Shown here: positions 8,023-17,465 of the stretch, one piece after another | Layout of the letters: each line of letters begins with the position of its first letter | Numbering within the stretch: the first letter of the stretch is position 1 | Origin: Oceanispirochaeta sp. | GTDB lineage: Bacteria > Spirochaetota > Spirochaetia > DSM-2461 | Assembly (NCBI GenBank): GCA_963666275.2 | Contig: CAXXOA010000001.1 | Coordinates: 1,760,001 to 1,824,000 of the forward strand | Length of the DNA: 64,000 nucleotides | Direction of reading: 5' to 3' | Position numbers and translations under genes: made by a program | The notes under the pieces: model-generated | Told to the model about the DNA's origin: nothing | What the model saw: the letters and a program-made list of their open reading frames with translations, nothing else | Databases searched by the model: none

Positions 8023-8191
8023 AGATGATATGGATCTGTTTAGAAAGAAGGAAAATCCAAGTCAAAAGGATTACAGAGACCTGGTGGCATTCACATTAAG
8101 GTTAATGAGGCAGCTTAAAAAAGAGAGAGACCTTCGGTCTAAACTCTCTAAGAAGAATAAACAACTGGCGGACCGCTTGGGGACGCTGTAA
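8015..8191 (+). CDS. 58-aa coiled-coil phage protein (not in the ORF track)
   Basis: GGAG RBS; MLKDDMDLFRKKENPSQKDYRDLVAFTLRLMRQLKKERDL...; fills the operon gap. Confidence 0.55.
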   Translation: MLKDDMDLFRKKENPSQKDYRDLVAFTLRLMRQLKKERDLRSKLSKKNKQLADRLGTL

Positions 8192-8285
8192 GCGAGGAAG
8201 TAGATAAGATGGAAACCAGGAGAAACACAGATTGAGTTCCCACAAGGGAACTGGTAAAGAATGTCCCCAGACCGGGGACTCTTTT

Positions 8286-9395
8286 TTGACTGAAAATGAA
8301 TTTGCTATGGATCTCGATGATGATTTCATCGTTGTAACAGTCGGCTTGTATAAGTTTTTTATGGCTCATGGAAAGGATGGTCTGGATGCAAAACAGCTCT
8401 ATGACCATCTTGTATTCACGTCCAGAGTCCAGGGTTCAAAGAAGGTTAAAGCGAACCTCCAGTATATTAAAAATGGCCTTGGATGGGGCAATGCAAAAAT
8501 CAAAAAGGCCAAGTCATTTCTTCGTGGTGCTGGTCTGATCGAGTACGTTAAAACTAAAGGTGAATTGGGTCTTTTTGACGGACAGAGTATTATCATCAAA
8601 ACACGGTGGGATGAAGAATCCATGGCCGTCTGGGTGGAAAGGAAGAGGGCCAGAGAGGCTGGTCAATCTGTGGGTGCTGAAAATCAGTCTGAGGAAAACT
8701 TTGTTGAATCCACAGGGTCAGAAACTGAACCTGTGGAACATATGGTGTCTGAAATTGGAACCACACCAGATATCCAGAGGGTCAATTATCGGACCGGTGG
8801 GTTCACGGACCCTCTGGTTTCAAGACACAATTATAAAGGTGTTATAACAAATAATCCTTCCGCAAAGTCTCCGAAAGAGAAAATCAAGGAGGTTGTGGAA
8901 AACTCCGACTCTCCACCGTCTCCGGCGTCCCTTCCGCCTGCGGCGGGCATTACTTCCGTAAATGAGATGAAGAAGTTCCTTCTGGGTATGGTGAAAAAAC
9001 GCGATCCAGAATCTATGCTCTATTTTACTCCTGCCGAATCGGAACAGATCGGTATAGCCTACAGTCGGTTCGGATCCGAATGGCTGATAGAGGTTTTTCA
9101 CGACTACCTGCAGAGGAAGGAGATCTCCCAGATCAATAAGTTTCATAGTGCGGATGTTCCCCGATTTATCAAGAGAGCCATGGACAAAAGCCCCAAACAG
9201 CCGGTGAAGGTGTCGAAAGAACCGAAGTATCACAACTGCCCCGTATGCGGGAAAACCTGGTCAGCTTCCTCAACCTTGAGTATGTGCCCGAAATGCGGTC
9301 TGGAGCTGGAAAACTTCAGCAATCATCAGGAGATTGAAGAGCATCGGAAATGGTGGGAGAGTCCGGATAATCCAAGGCGGCAGGCTGTAGGATGA
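8286..9395 (+). CDS. Putative phage replication initiator (N-terminal wHTH, C-terminal zinc ribbon); start uncertain (TTG 8286 or ATG 8307)
   Basis: LQYIKNGLGWGNAKIKKAKSFLRGAGLIEY winged-HTH pattern; CPVC...CPKC; position in the early operon. Confidence 0.6.
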   Translation: MTENEFAMDLDDDFIVVTVGLYKFFMAHGKDGLDAKQLYDHLVFTSRVQGSKKVKANLQYIKNGLGWGNAKIKKAKSFLRGAGLIEYVKTKGELGLFDGQSIIIKTRWDEESMAVWVERKRAREAGQSVGAENQSEENFVESTGSETEPVEHMVSEIGTTPDIQRVNYRTGGFTDPLVSRHNYKGVITNNPSAKSPKEKIKEVVENSDSPPSPASLPPAAGITSVNEMKKFLLGMVKKRDPESMLYFTPAESEQIGIAYSRFGSEWLIEVFHDYLQRKEISQINKFHSADVPRFIKRAMDKSPKQPVKVSKEPKYHNCPVCGKTWSASSTLSMCPKCGLELENFSNHQEIEEHRKWWESPDNPRRQAVG

Positions 9396-9589
9396 CTGAA
9401 ACGGGAGGGGAAATGGACTATTTGACACCTGAAATTGAAGCGCATATCGAAGAGTTGAAAGAACGATTGAGGAAAACACCTTATGGAGATGTGGGATTGG
9501 TATTCACCATGTCAGGCGGTCAGGTGACGCTGATTAAACCAATCAATCTACCAGTAATTCGACCGGGTAAAAATCATGGAAAATCTTGA
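9392..9589 (+). CDS. Small hypothetical protein
   Basis: Overlaps both neighbouring genes. Confidence 0.55.
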   Translation: MTETGGEMDYLTPEIEAHIEELKERLRKTPYGDVGLVFTMSGGQVTLIKPINLPVIRPGKNHGKS

Positions 9590-10472
9590 CAAAAATCTAG
9601 TTTCACGGGGAAAACAGCGTGTATTCAGAAATGAACGATATCGCCATATCTGTCAAAGATTTATTACCTGGTGTGCTGAACAGGAGATCCCGGAATCTAT
9701 AGGGAATGAAATTTTGTGGTTGGAATCCCTTCATGATCAGGGATTGAATGCATCGACAATACGACTTTACGGATATGCTGTTAAGGCCTATTTACTGGAC
9801 AATGTTGATACTGAAAGCATGACCATGGATGAGAAACTGTTCCATCAGTTCAAGATTGAGTATGAGTTCCGGACATTCAAGATGCCCAGAGTTTCAAATC
9901 GCAAGGCCGAAGAGTATCTAATCAATCATGAGGAGCTTCATGAAGTTCTAAATCACTCGAAGCTCAAGACCAGGATGATCATAGAATTTCTTGCCAGCAC
10001 CGGCTGCAGAGTCTCGGAAATGACCGGTATTCGGTTGAGGCATATACGGAAAGTGAGAGATTCGGAATATCGAATCCGAGTGATGGGCAAAGGCCGTAAA
10101 GAGCGGGTGATACGTATTAACGGCGGTTTAAGAAAGAGAATATCCAAAGCCTTCCCGGAAACTGAAACCTATCTATTCGAATCTGCTCCTGGTAGGAGTT
10201 ATTCCCGCCAGGGGATTCACGACCTGGTAAAGAGAGCAGGTGAAAGAGCGAAAATCTTCGGATTGCATCCCCATTCATTCAGGCATTTTTATGCCACTTT
10301 CCTGATTGATAAGACCGGGAATATAGATGCTGTATCCCGATATCTTGGGCATTCCGATGTGTCCACAACGCTCGGAATGTATTACCACAGTAAGGATCTT
10401 TCCCTGGAGGAATTGAATCTGAATCTTTACGGTGATCGTGGAAGAAATAAAGGAGTTGCTGCACATGCCTAG
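9576..10472 (+). CDS. Tyrosine recombinase (XerC/D-like)
   Basis: TGCRVSE, GKGRKER, HPHSFRH, LGHS...Y: full R-K-H-R-H-Y catalytic set. Confidence 0.93.
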   Translation: MENLDKNLVSRGKQRVFRNERYRHICQRFITWCAEQEIPESIGNEILWLESLHDQGLNASTIRLYGYAVKAYLLDNVDTESMTMDEKLFHQFKIEYEFRTFKMPRVSNRKAEEYLINHEELHEVLNHSKLKTRMIIEFLASTGCRVSEMTGIRLRHIRKVRDSEYRIRVMGKGRKERVIRINGGLRKRISKAFPETETYLFESAPGRSYSRQGIHDLVKRAGERAKIFGLHPHSFRHFYATFLIDKTGNIDAVSRYLGHSDVSTTLGMYYHSKDLSLEELNLNLYGDRGRNKGVAAHA

Positions 10473-10848
10473 AAAAGCTAAGAGACCATGTTCTCATGTG
10501 GGTTGTCCCCGATATGCAATGGATGGATCTTCCCGTTGTGAGTTACATCAGAATGAGGTTCAGTACAAAAGAAGAAAACCGAGACCATCGTACTTATGGA
10601 ACTCTGATTCTAAATGGAAAAAGCTTCGTGTTAAGATCCTGAAAGAGCATGGAATCCCTGAATCACAATGGCAAAATTATGTAATTGATCATCGGCCCCC
10701 GTATGATCCCAAGGTTGAACCTGATCACACGAAATATACACTGGTTCCCATGACACGATCAGATCACTCCAAGAAAACTAACCGGTATGATGGAGGCTGG
10801 GGGAACAAAAAGAAACTCCCAGGGGGAGGGGGGATCGAATCTCTATGA
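10465..10848 (+). CDS. HNH-type terminase accessory protein (HK97 gp74-like)
   Basis: MPRKAKRPCSHVGC N-terminus; VIDHRPP...HSKKT; lies immediately before terS. Confidence 0.75.
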   Translation: MPRKAKRPCSHVGCPRYAMDGSSRCELHQNEVQYKRRKPRPSYLWNSDSKWKKLRVKILKEHGIPESQWQNYVIDHRPPYDPKVEPDHTKYTLVPMTRSDHSKKTNRYDGGWGNKKKLPGGGGIESL

Positions 10849-10910
10849 GGATTTGCAGAACCCTCCACGTCCACAGGAAAAATACCGTGATGTCAGTTGA
10901 GGGGAACCCA
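10821..10910. other. Probable cos/packaging initiation region
   Basis: G-rich GGGGGAGGGGGGATCGAATCTCT at the end of the HNH gene and the HNH-terS gap, the usual cos position in HK97-like phages. Confidence 0.45.
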
Positions 10911-10927
10911 AAGGAGGGAAAACGGGA

Positions 10928-11458
10928 ATGAATTATAGAAAGCCGCAGGATCTGAAAATCTTAACTGGGACCTTCCGGGAAGATCGTGATCAGGGAACGA
11001 TTAAAACGGAAACCGACCTTCCAGACAGAGTGGAGACTCCTTCACACCTGGGATCTTCCGGAAAGAAGCAGTGGCGGAAATTGGTTAAGCTGCTCAAGGA
11101 TGAAGAGCTCCTGAAGAAGGTAGATCTGGGGTGTCTGGAAGCCTGCTGTCTTGCCTATGATGAAATGGTCCAGAGTAGTTATGACATGAAGAACCACAGG
11201 AAGAAAATGGAACAGGCCGAGCAGGAACTGCACTTGGCTGCCGACAAGGACGAGTTGAAATCTAAGTTAAGCCTGATTGATCATTACTCCCGGCAGATCG
11301 ACAAAGAGCGGAATGCCAAAAACAAAGCTATGGGGCTGTACCATAAATTTATGAATGAGTTTGGCTTGTCTCCAGGAAGCCGAAAGAGACTGGATATTAC
11401 AGATGATAAACAAGAAGAGTCTGAGTTTGAAAAAATGTTTATAAAAGCAAATGCTTAA
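10928..11458 (+). CDS. Terminase small subunit (P27 family)
   Basis: KPQDLKILTGTFREDR; PSHL...W; EFGLSPGSR. Confidence 0.88.
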   Translation: MNYRKPQDLKILTGTFREDRDQGTIKTETDLPDRVETPSHLGSSGKKQWRKLVKLLKDEELLKKVDLGCLEACCLAYDEMVQSSYDMKNHRKKMEQAEQELHLAADKDELKSKLSLIDHYSRQIDKERNAKNKAMGLYHKFMNEFGLSPGSRKRLDITDDKQEESEFEKMFIKANA

Positions 11459-11517
11459 ATTGCCTTTTATATATTTTTAAGATTAGAATAATAAATATTA
11501 AGATATGGAGGTATAAT

Positions 11518-11748
11518 ATTAGTCATTCAAAAATTATTATTAATTCTATTGCACATACAAATCCAAAGGAATTATATCCGTTTTTCAGAAAGAACTCATT
11601 TGATGATTTCTTAAATCAAGTAACAGTTCAAATTGAATCATTTTTATGTAATACAAGAGTTTATATGTACTCAGATAACTGTAAATCTCTTGAATCATAT
11701 CAAAAACTTCTGGAATTGGAAATAGATACATTATCAGAATATAGTTGA
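11518..11748 (+). CDS. 76-aa AT-rich accessory ORF with an apparent ATT start (not in the ORF track)
   Basis: GGAGGT at 11507-11512, 5 nt before ATT; 76 open codons; TTGCCT-18-TAGAAT promoter at 11460-11489. Confidence 0.5.
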   Translation: MSHSKIIINSIAHTNPKELYPFFRKNSFDDFLNQVTVQIESFLCNTRVYMYSDNCKSLESYQKLLELEIDTLSEYS

Positions 11749-11927
11749 CACAAAAAATATATGGCTTTAATGTTAAACCATAAACAGTAATATTCCGTAA
11801 CGGGAACAATAGCGGAAAGACCGGATTCCCGTTGCGAACAATGACAGTACTATCATCGTAAAGATGATGTGTTAAATGGAAAGACCAAAGACACATCAAG
11901 CGTAAAGCTTGGTGTGTCTTTTTTTTT
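11745..11927 (+). promoter_or_regulatory. Promoter, structured leader RNA and intrinsic terminator before terL
   Basis: TTGACA-17-TAATGT; four hairpins; AAGACACATCAAGC/GCTTGGTGTGTCTT stem plus T9. Confidence 0.7.
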
Positions 11928-11947
11928 GCCTTCAGGAGTTTGACGGA

Positions 11948-13630
11948 TTGGAAAAGACATACCGCCAGTACATTGATGATGTGATTACCGGGAAGGAAGT
12001 CGCCTGTAAATGGGTGAAACTTTCCGTTCAACGTCATGCAGATGATCTGGTGAAATCAGAAACAGATGAATCCTTTCCGTACTGCTTTGATGAAGAAGCC
12101 GCCGCCCGGATCATCGATTTTATCGGGTTCTGTAAGCACGTAAAGGGAGAATTGAAAGGGCAGTTCATCCACCTGGAGCCAGCCCAGCAGTTTGTACTGG
12201 CCTGCGTGTTCGGCTGGAAGCACAGGGTAAGCGGATCCCGTCGATTCCGTTATGTGTATGAAGAGAAGGCCCGTAAAAATGCCAAGTCCACAATCCTGGC
12301 GGGAATTGGGTTGTATATGCTGTTCCTGGATCAGGAAGGCGGATCAGAAGTCTATTCGGCAGCGGTGGATAAAGACCAGGCAAAAATAGTCTGGGGCGTA
12401 GCTCGTGAGATGATCGGCCAGTCCAAAGACTTCAAGAAAATGCTGAAAGACTATACCGGGTCCATTGTACACCCGTCTTCTGCCAGCTCCTTTAAACCCC
12501 TGTCTCGGGACAACAAGAACAAGGACGGTTTGAACGTCCATTGCGCCCTAGTGGATGAGTACCATGCTCATCCTGATGATTCCATTCTGGAACTGCTCAA
12601 GGGCGGTATGGGTAGCCGTACCCAGCCTCTCCTCTGGGTTATTACCACCGCCGGATTTAATCGAAACTGTGCCTGTAAGCGGGAGCGGGACAGGGTTGAG
12701 CGGATCCTTCAGGGGATTGAAGAGGATCCGGAATACTTTGGAATTATTTATACCCTGGATGAAGGGGACGACTGGAAGGATCCGGAAGTGTGGCAGAAAT
12801 CAAACCCTCTTTTGGATGTTGCTGTTACCAGGGATTTTCTGGAGTCACTGCTACGGGATGCGAAAGTTCGGCCTGAAAAAGAGAATAACTTTAAGGTGAA
12901 ACATCTGAATCTCTGGGTGGATGCCCATACCAGGTGGATCAATCATGAAACCTGGATCAAATGCCGCCGGGATTTCGAAGAAGAGCAGTTGATAGGAAGG
13001 AAGTGCGTGGCCGGATTTGACCTTTCGACCACTACCGACTTGGCCGGGTATGGGCTTTGTTTCCCACCGGTCCATGAAGATGAACCGTATAAGTTCCTCT
13101 GGCGGTTTTTTATGCCCGAAGAGACTCTGGATAACAGAAGCGAAGATGTTCCCTATAGAGCCTGGGTCAATTTGGGGTATATCACAGCGACCTATGGGAA
13201 TGTGATCGACTATAACGAGATTGAAGCCAGCATCCGGAAGGATGCAGAAACGTTTGATATTGAAGAACTGAATTTCGACCCCTGGGGCGCCCAGGGAATT
13301 ATCAATGATCTGACAGCGGAAGACATGAATTGTGTCCGGTTTAGTCAGGGGATGAAGGATATTTCTCCGGCTGTGAAGCATACGGAACGGGGGATCCTCT
13401 CCCAGGAAGTTTCCTATAGCGGAAATCCTGTAATGGATTTTATGGTGTCCTGTGCGGAAATCTACCGGGATTCCAATGACAATGTGAAGCTTGTTAAACC
13501 GAAACGGGAAGAAACATCCTCCCGGATTGACGGTGTGATCATGATGGTCATGGCCTATTATAGGGCGTTCTTACTCCAGGGGGTTCAGGCTGAATCAGTA
13601 TATGAGGCACGGGGGATGAGATGGATATAG
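11948..13630 (+). CDS. Terminase large subunit
   Basis: ARKNAKS Walker A; VDEYH Walker B; GFDLS; SRIDG; AGGAG RBS before the TTG at 11948. Confidence 0.95.
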   Translation: MEKTYRQYIDDVITGKEVACKWVKLSVQRHADDLVKSETDESFPYCFDEEAAARIIDFIGFCKHVKGELKGQFIHLEPAQQFVLACVFGWKHRVSGSRRFRYVYEEKARKNAKSTILAGIGLYMLFLDQEGGSEVYSAAVDKDQAKIVWGVAREMIGQSKDFKKMLKDYTGSIVHPSSASSFKPLSRDNKNKDGLNVHCALVDEYHAHPDDSILELLKGGMGSRTQPLLWVITTAGFNRNCACKRERDRVERILQGIEEDPEYFGIIYTLDEGDDWKDPEVWQKSNPLLDVAVTRDFLESLLRDAKVRPEKENNFKVKHLNLWVDAHTRWINHETWIKCRRDFEEEQLIGRKCVAGFDLSTTTDLAGYGLCFPPVHEDEPYKFLWRFFMPEETLDNRSEDVPYRAWVNLGYITATYGNVIDYNEIEASIRKDAETFDIEELNFDPWGAQGIINDLTAEDMNCVRFSQGMKDISPAVKHTERGILSQEVSYSGNPVMDFMVSCAEIYRDSNDNVKLVKPKREETSSRIDGVIMMVMAYYRAFLLQGVQAESVYEARGMRWI

Positions 13631-15600
13631 TGATTGACCTGAACAAGATCCGGGCATTTCCCCGTTCTATCGTGTCCTGGGCGGGCAATCTGGTTCCACG
13701 GAAACGGGATATCACCGACTTCAAGTATCCCTTTATGAACCTGGTTTCACCGGACGGAAAGCCTCTAATGAATGAGACTGCCGCTCTGAATATATCGGCA
13801 GTCTGGAATGCGGTGGATCTCTTGTCAGGTCATATTGCCATGCTTCCTCTGATTCTCTATCGGAGAACCGGAAACGGCGGGAAAGAGCGGGCTTATGATC
13901 ACCCCCTATACCCGGCTCTTTCCATTGAACCGAATGAGTTGATGACTAGCTTTCAGATGCGTCAGGCTTCCGCCGTTCATCAGGAAATGTGGGGAGATTC
14001 TTATATCTGGGTATGCCGTCCCGGAAACGGGATTGTGGAACTCTGGCCTCTGAACCCTGGTGTTACTCATCGGGATAAAGAGGGGGAGAAAATTGTTTAC
14101 AAAACTATGGTGGACGGTCAGGGGTACACGATACCCAGGGAACAGATAATCCATATTCCCATTATGACCTTGAACGGGATAGATGGAATCAACCCGATTG
14201 CCAAGCGCCGCCGGTCCTTCTCCCTGATGCAGGCTGCGGAAGAGCAGGCGGAAAGCTACTATCTGAACAGCTCTAAACCGGCAGGTGTGCTGCAGCTTAA
14301 AAAGGCATTATCCGATGAAGCCTTCCGGAGATTGAAAGAGGAATGGACCCAGATGTATGGCGGAGGTGCAGGGAACCATCACAGGACGGCCATTCTGGAA
14401 GAAGAGGGCGAGTTCAAGCCGATCCAGTTCAATGCAGAAGAAATTCAGATGCTGGGAAGCCGGGAATTCTCGGTAACAGAAGTTGCCAGGTGGTTCAATC
14501 TTCCGCCCCATAAGATCAAAGATCTGAGCCGGTCTACCTTCTCTAATATTGAGCATCAGAACATCGACTATGTTCAGGATTCGCTTCTGCCCCGGCTGGT
14601 GCGGATCGAGCAGGCCATGACAAAGACCCTGCTGACCAAAGGGGAACAGAAAGAGTACTTCATCGAGTTTCTGGTAGACGGCCTGCTCCGGGGAGATTCC
14701 AAAACCCGGTATGAGGTGTATCAGATAGCCCGACAGAATGGAGCCATGAGCGCTAATGAGTGGCGGCAGAAAGAGAATATGAACCCTATTGACGATCCGA
14801 GCGGTGACGCTTACTTCATGCCCTTGAATATGATCGAGATGAAACAGGCTCTTCTTCCTGAAGAGTCCAATACGGATATATCGGCTAGGGGTATTCGGCC
14901 CAGCCAGAAGAGAGGCGTGGATCAGCGGCGGATGGTGACGGATCGCTTCAAGAACCGGTATAAGAGCCTTTCCAGAAGCATACTGGAAGAGGAAATCCCG
15001 GCAGTCAGAGAGATCCTTTTGGCTGTGGGTGACAACCTGGATGAACTGACGGATGCTCTGGAGTCTTTCTATGAGCGGTTTGCCGGGAATGCTTCCCGTA
15101 TGTCTGCCGGTTTGATTCAGGTAAATGCTGATGAAATCCGCTCTCTGGCAGAGATGGAGGTCGGATCCTCCATTGCGGATTCTGATTATGAAGCTTTTCT
15201 GAATCGGTTTATTGAAAACTTCGGTCTCCGGTATTCCATCCGGAGCAAACAGGAACTGCGGAGCCGGGAGACAGTAGAGGATATGGCGGCTCAGACGGAA
15301 CACTGGAAGGATGTCCGGGGAGATCAGATGTCTCAGGAGCGGATCCTGGTGGAAAGCGCTATTTCCCGGACCGTCTGGCGGGCTGTGGGGGTTACGAAAA
15401 TTAGATCCGTTGCCAGAGGGGAGAGTTGCCCCTACTGCAATGATCTTAACGGGAAGGTTATCGGTGTAGAAGAAAGCTTTCTCCAGCCGGGCCAGTTTAA
15501 ACCTGACGGAGCTGAAGCACCCCTCCGGGTGTCCAGTATAAAAAATCATCCGCCCTTTCATGACGGGTGTGATTGCGGCATCGAGCCGGTAGTGGAGTGA
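13621..15600 (+). CDS. HK97-family portal protein with a C-terminal MuF-like (minor head) domain
   Basis: Portal motifs (ISAVWNAVDLLS, IIHI, VARWFNLPPH, TFSNIEHQ, MSANEWR) plus a ~240-aa extension with CPYC...HPPFHDGCDC. Confidence 0.9.
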   Translation: MDIVIDLNKIRAFPRSIVSWAGNLVPRKRDITDFKYPFMNLVSPDGKPLMNETAALNISAVWNAVDLLSGHIAMLPLILYRRTGNGGKERAYDHPLYPALSIEPNELMTSFQMRQASAVHQEMWGDSYIWVCRPGNGIVELWPLNPGVTHRDKEGEKIVYKTMVDGQGYTIPREQIIHIPIMTLNGIDGINPIAKRRRSFSLMQAAEEQAESYYLNSSKPAGVLQLKKALSDEAFRRLKEEWTQMYGGGAGNHHRTAILEEEGEFKPIQFNAEEIQMLGSREFSVTEVARWFNLPPHKIKDLSRSTFSNIEHQNIDYVQDSLLPRLVRIEQAMTKTLLTKGEQKEYFIEFLVDGLLRGDSKTRYEVYQIARQNGAMSANEWRQKENMNPIDDPSGDAYFMPLNMIEMKQALLPEESNTDISARGIRPSQKRGVDQRRMVTDRFKNRYKSLSRSILEEEIPAVREILLAVGDNLDELTDALESFYERFAGNASRMSAGLIQVNADEIRSLAEMEVGSSIADSDYEAFLNRFIENFGLRYSIRSKQELRSRETVEDMAAQTEHWKDVRGDQMSQERILVESAISRTVWRAVGVTKIRSVARGESCPYCNDLNGKVIGVEESFLQPGQFKPDGAEAPLRVSSIKNHPPFHDGCDCGIEPVVE

Positions 15601-15603
15601 ACT

Positions 15604-16236
15604 ATGGGAATGCAGAAGAGAAGTAAGCCCTGTGAATTCCGGACGGAACAGCAGGAAGAGGGAAAACAGCGGGCTGATGGCGTTGCTATTTTGTATGAAG
15701 AGACAACCGTCCTGTATGAGGATGATTCTATCCGGTATGAAGAGGTTATTACCAGGGGTGCCGCAGAAGAAAGTCTGAAGAAAGATGATGTCCGGGCAGT
15801 CTGGAATCATAACTATGACATTGTCCTGGGCAGGAGTTCCGCGGGTACCCTCAGTCTGGAGGAGAAAGAGGACGGTGTTCATGTGGGAATCGACTTTCCC
15901 GACTCACAGGAAGGCCGGGATAAATATGAATCGGTCAGCCGGGGTGATGTGAACCAGATGTCCTTCGGTTTTGACATTCTGAAAGAGGATGTTTCTGATG
16001 ACCGGAGCGGAGAGAAAAGGATCATTCGGAGCCGGGTGGACAAGATCAAACTGTGGGAAGTTTCTCCGGTAACCTTTCCGGCTTATGAGAATACGTCAAT
16101 TAATGCCAGAGACAGGGTTTCCACTCTCAGAGAAAAGGCAGCGGCCTTGTCCCCAGCGGGGGAGAATGAAAGTGAAGTCCGGTCCAGGGAAATAGAAATC
16201 ATGAAGATGAGGAGTGAACAGTCATGGAAGAACTGA
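15604..16236 (+). CDS. HK97-family prohead protease
   Basis: WNHN..VLGR; QMSFGF; LWEVSPVTFPAY. Confidence 0.93.
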   Translation: MGMQKRSKPCEFRTEQQEEGKQRADGVAILYEETTVLYEDDSIRYEEVITRGAAEESLKKDDVRAVWNHNYDIVLGRSSAGTLSLEEKEDGVHVGIDFPDSQEGRDKYESVSRGDVNQMSFGFDILKEDVSDDRSGEKRIIRSRVDKIKLWEVSPVTFPAYENTSINARDRVSTLREKAAALSPAGENESEVRSREIEIMKMRSEQSWKN

Positions 16237-17453
16237 TCAGGGAGATGGAAGAGTGTCTGGCCACCATGGAGCGGATAAACGGTCTGGTAGCCAAGGAAAA
16301 AAGAGGATATAAGGACGATGAAGAAGCCGAGTATTCCCGTTGCAAGAAACGGTACGGTGAGATTCAGGAACAGCTGAAAGAGAGGGACTACCTGAATCAG
16401 CAGGGCGAGCTTCGGGGCGCTCTCGGCGGGCAGACTGATGAAGGAGCCCAGGGAGGAGAAGAGAGATCTTTCGACTCCATCGGTGATGTTGTTTCTGCTA
16501 TCTATTCCGCAAGGTCACAGCGTGGTTTTATTCACGAGAAGAGGGATCTGTTGGTGTCAGATGGTCCTTCCGGAGCTTATCTGGTTCCGGATAAACAGCT
16601 GACAGATATTCTGAATGTGAAATCGGACATATCTATTGTCAGGCCTTTGGCTCTTGCTATTCCCGGGGATCCTGCCTATCCCGATCAGAAGATTACTATG
16701 CCCGCACTTAAAACCGGAGCTCTGGGAGAGTTCGGCGGATGGGCATTTGAAAGTCTTGCTGATGGCGTGGCTCCCTCAGCTGATAATGATCTGGATTTTG
16801 ATCAGATCGAACTGTCTCCGTTTGAGCAGGTAGGTACCATCAAGGTATCTGAAAAGCTTATGAGAAACACCAAGGGCTTGGATGCTTTCCTGAGAAAAAC
16901 CATTGGTGATGCCAAGAGCGCTATTGAGGACTATCAGTTCTTCAATGGTGCCGGGACTGCCGGTCCTACGGGTATTCTTAATTCTTCGGCTCTGCTGAAA
17001 TTGACCAGAGCCACCGTCGGTGTGATCGGGTTTGCGGATGTTAAGAACATTATCGCCCGGCAGCTGGACCTGAATAAAGCGGTATTTTCCATTACCAGAT
17101 CGGCTATGCCTCAGATTATGAGCCTTGCTGATGACAACGGAAATGCCATTTTTATTGCTGGAGATGCCACAAAGGGCATTTCTGACCGCCTGATGGGATT
17201 CCCCATTAAGTGGAGTACCCATACTCCCGGTGTCGGTGCCCCCGGAGACATTCTGATGAATAACTTCGGTTATTACCTGATTGGTGACGGAACCAGCTTC
17301 CGGATCGATGTGGGGTACTCCGGAGATGACTTTAAAAAGCGGATGGTTACCATGAGAGCCCTCTGGGATGTGGATGGTAAGTCCTGGGTTCTGGCTCCTG
17401 TACAGAGGATGGATGGCATTACTTATGCTCCGTTTGTCGGGCTCCTGGCGTAA
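16224..17453 (+). CDS. HK97-family major capsid protein
   Basis: N-terminal coiled-coil delta domain; GAYLVP; NGAGTAGPTGIL; follows the protease. Confidence 0.92.
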   Translation: MEELIREMEECLATMERINGLVAKEKRGYKDDEEAEYSRCKKRYGEIQEQLKERDYLNQQGELRGALGGQTDEGAQGGEERSFDSIGDVVSAIYSARSQRGFIHEKRDLLVSDGPSGAYLVPDKQLTDILNVKSDISIVRPLALAIPGDPAYPDQKITMPALKTGALGEFGGWAFESLADGVAPSADNDLDFDQIELSPFEQVGTIKVSEKLMRNTKGLDAFLRKTIGDAKSAIEDYQFFNGAGTAGPTGILNSSALLKLTRATVGVIGFADVKNIIARQLDLNKAVFSITRSAMPQIMSLADDNGNAIFIAGDATKGISDRLMGFPIKWSTHTPGVGAPGDILMNNFGYYLIGDGTSFRIDVGYSGDDFKKRMVTMRALWDVDGKSWVLAPVQRMDGITYAPFVGLLA

Positions 17454-17465
17454 GGAAGGTTTTGA

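Noticed and set aside
9576..10472. Tyrosine recombinase as the integron integrase for the attC sites
   Set aside because: Lacks the IntI-specific insertion before the HxxR motif; lies 22 kb away inside the phage operon
11585..12037. 150-aa minus-strand ORF
   Set aside because: Overlaps the terL start, the terminator and a plus-strand ORF that has a clear RBS and promoter
14308..15882. 524-aa antisense ORF
   Set aside because: Shadow of the portal and protease genes
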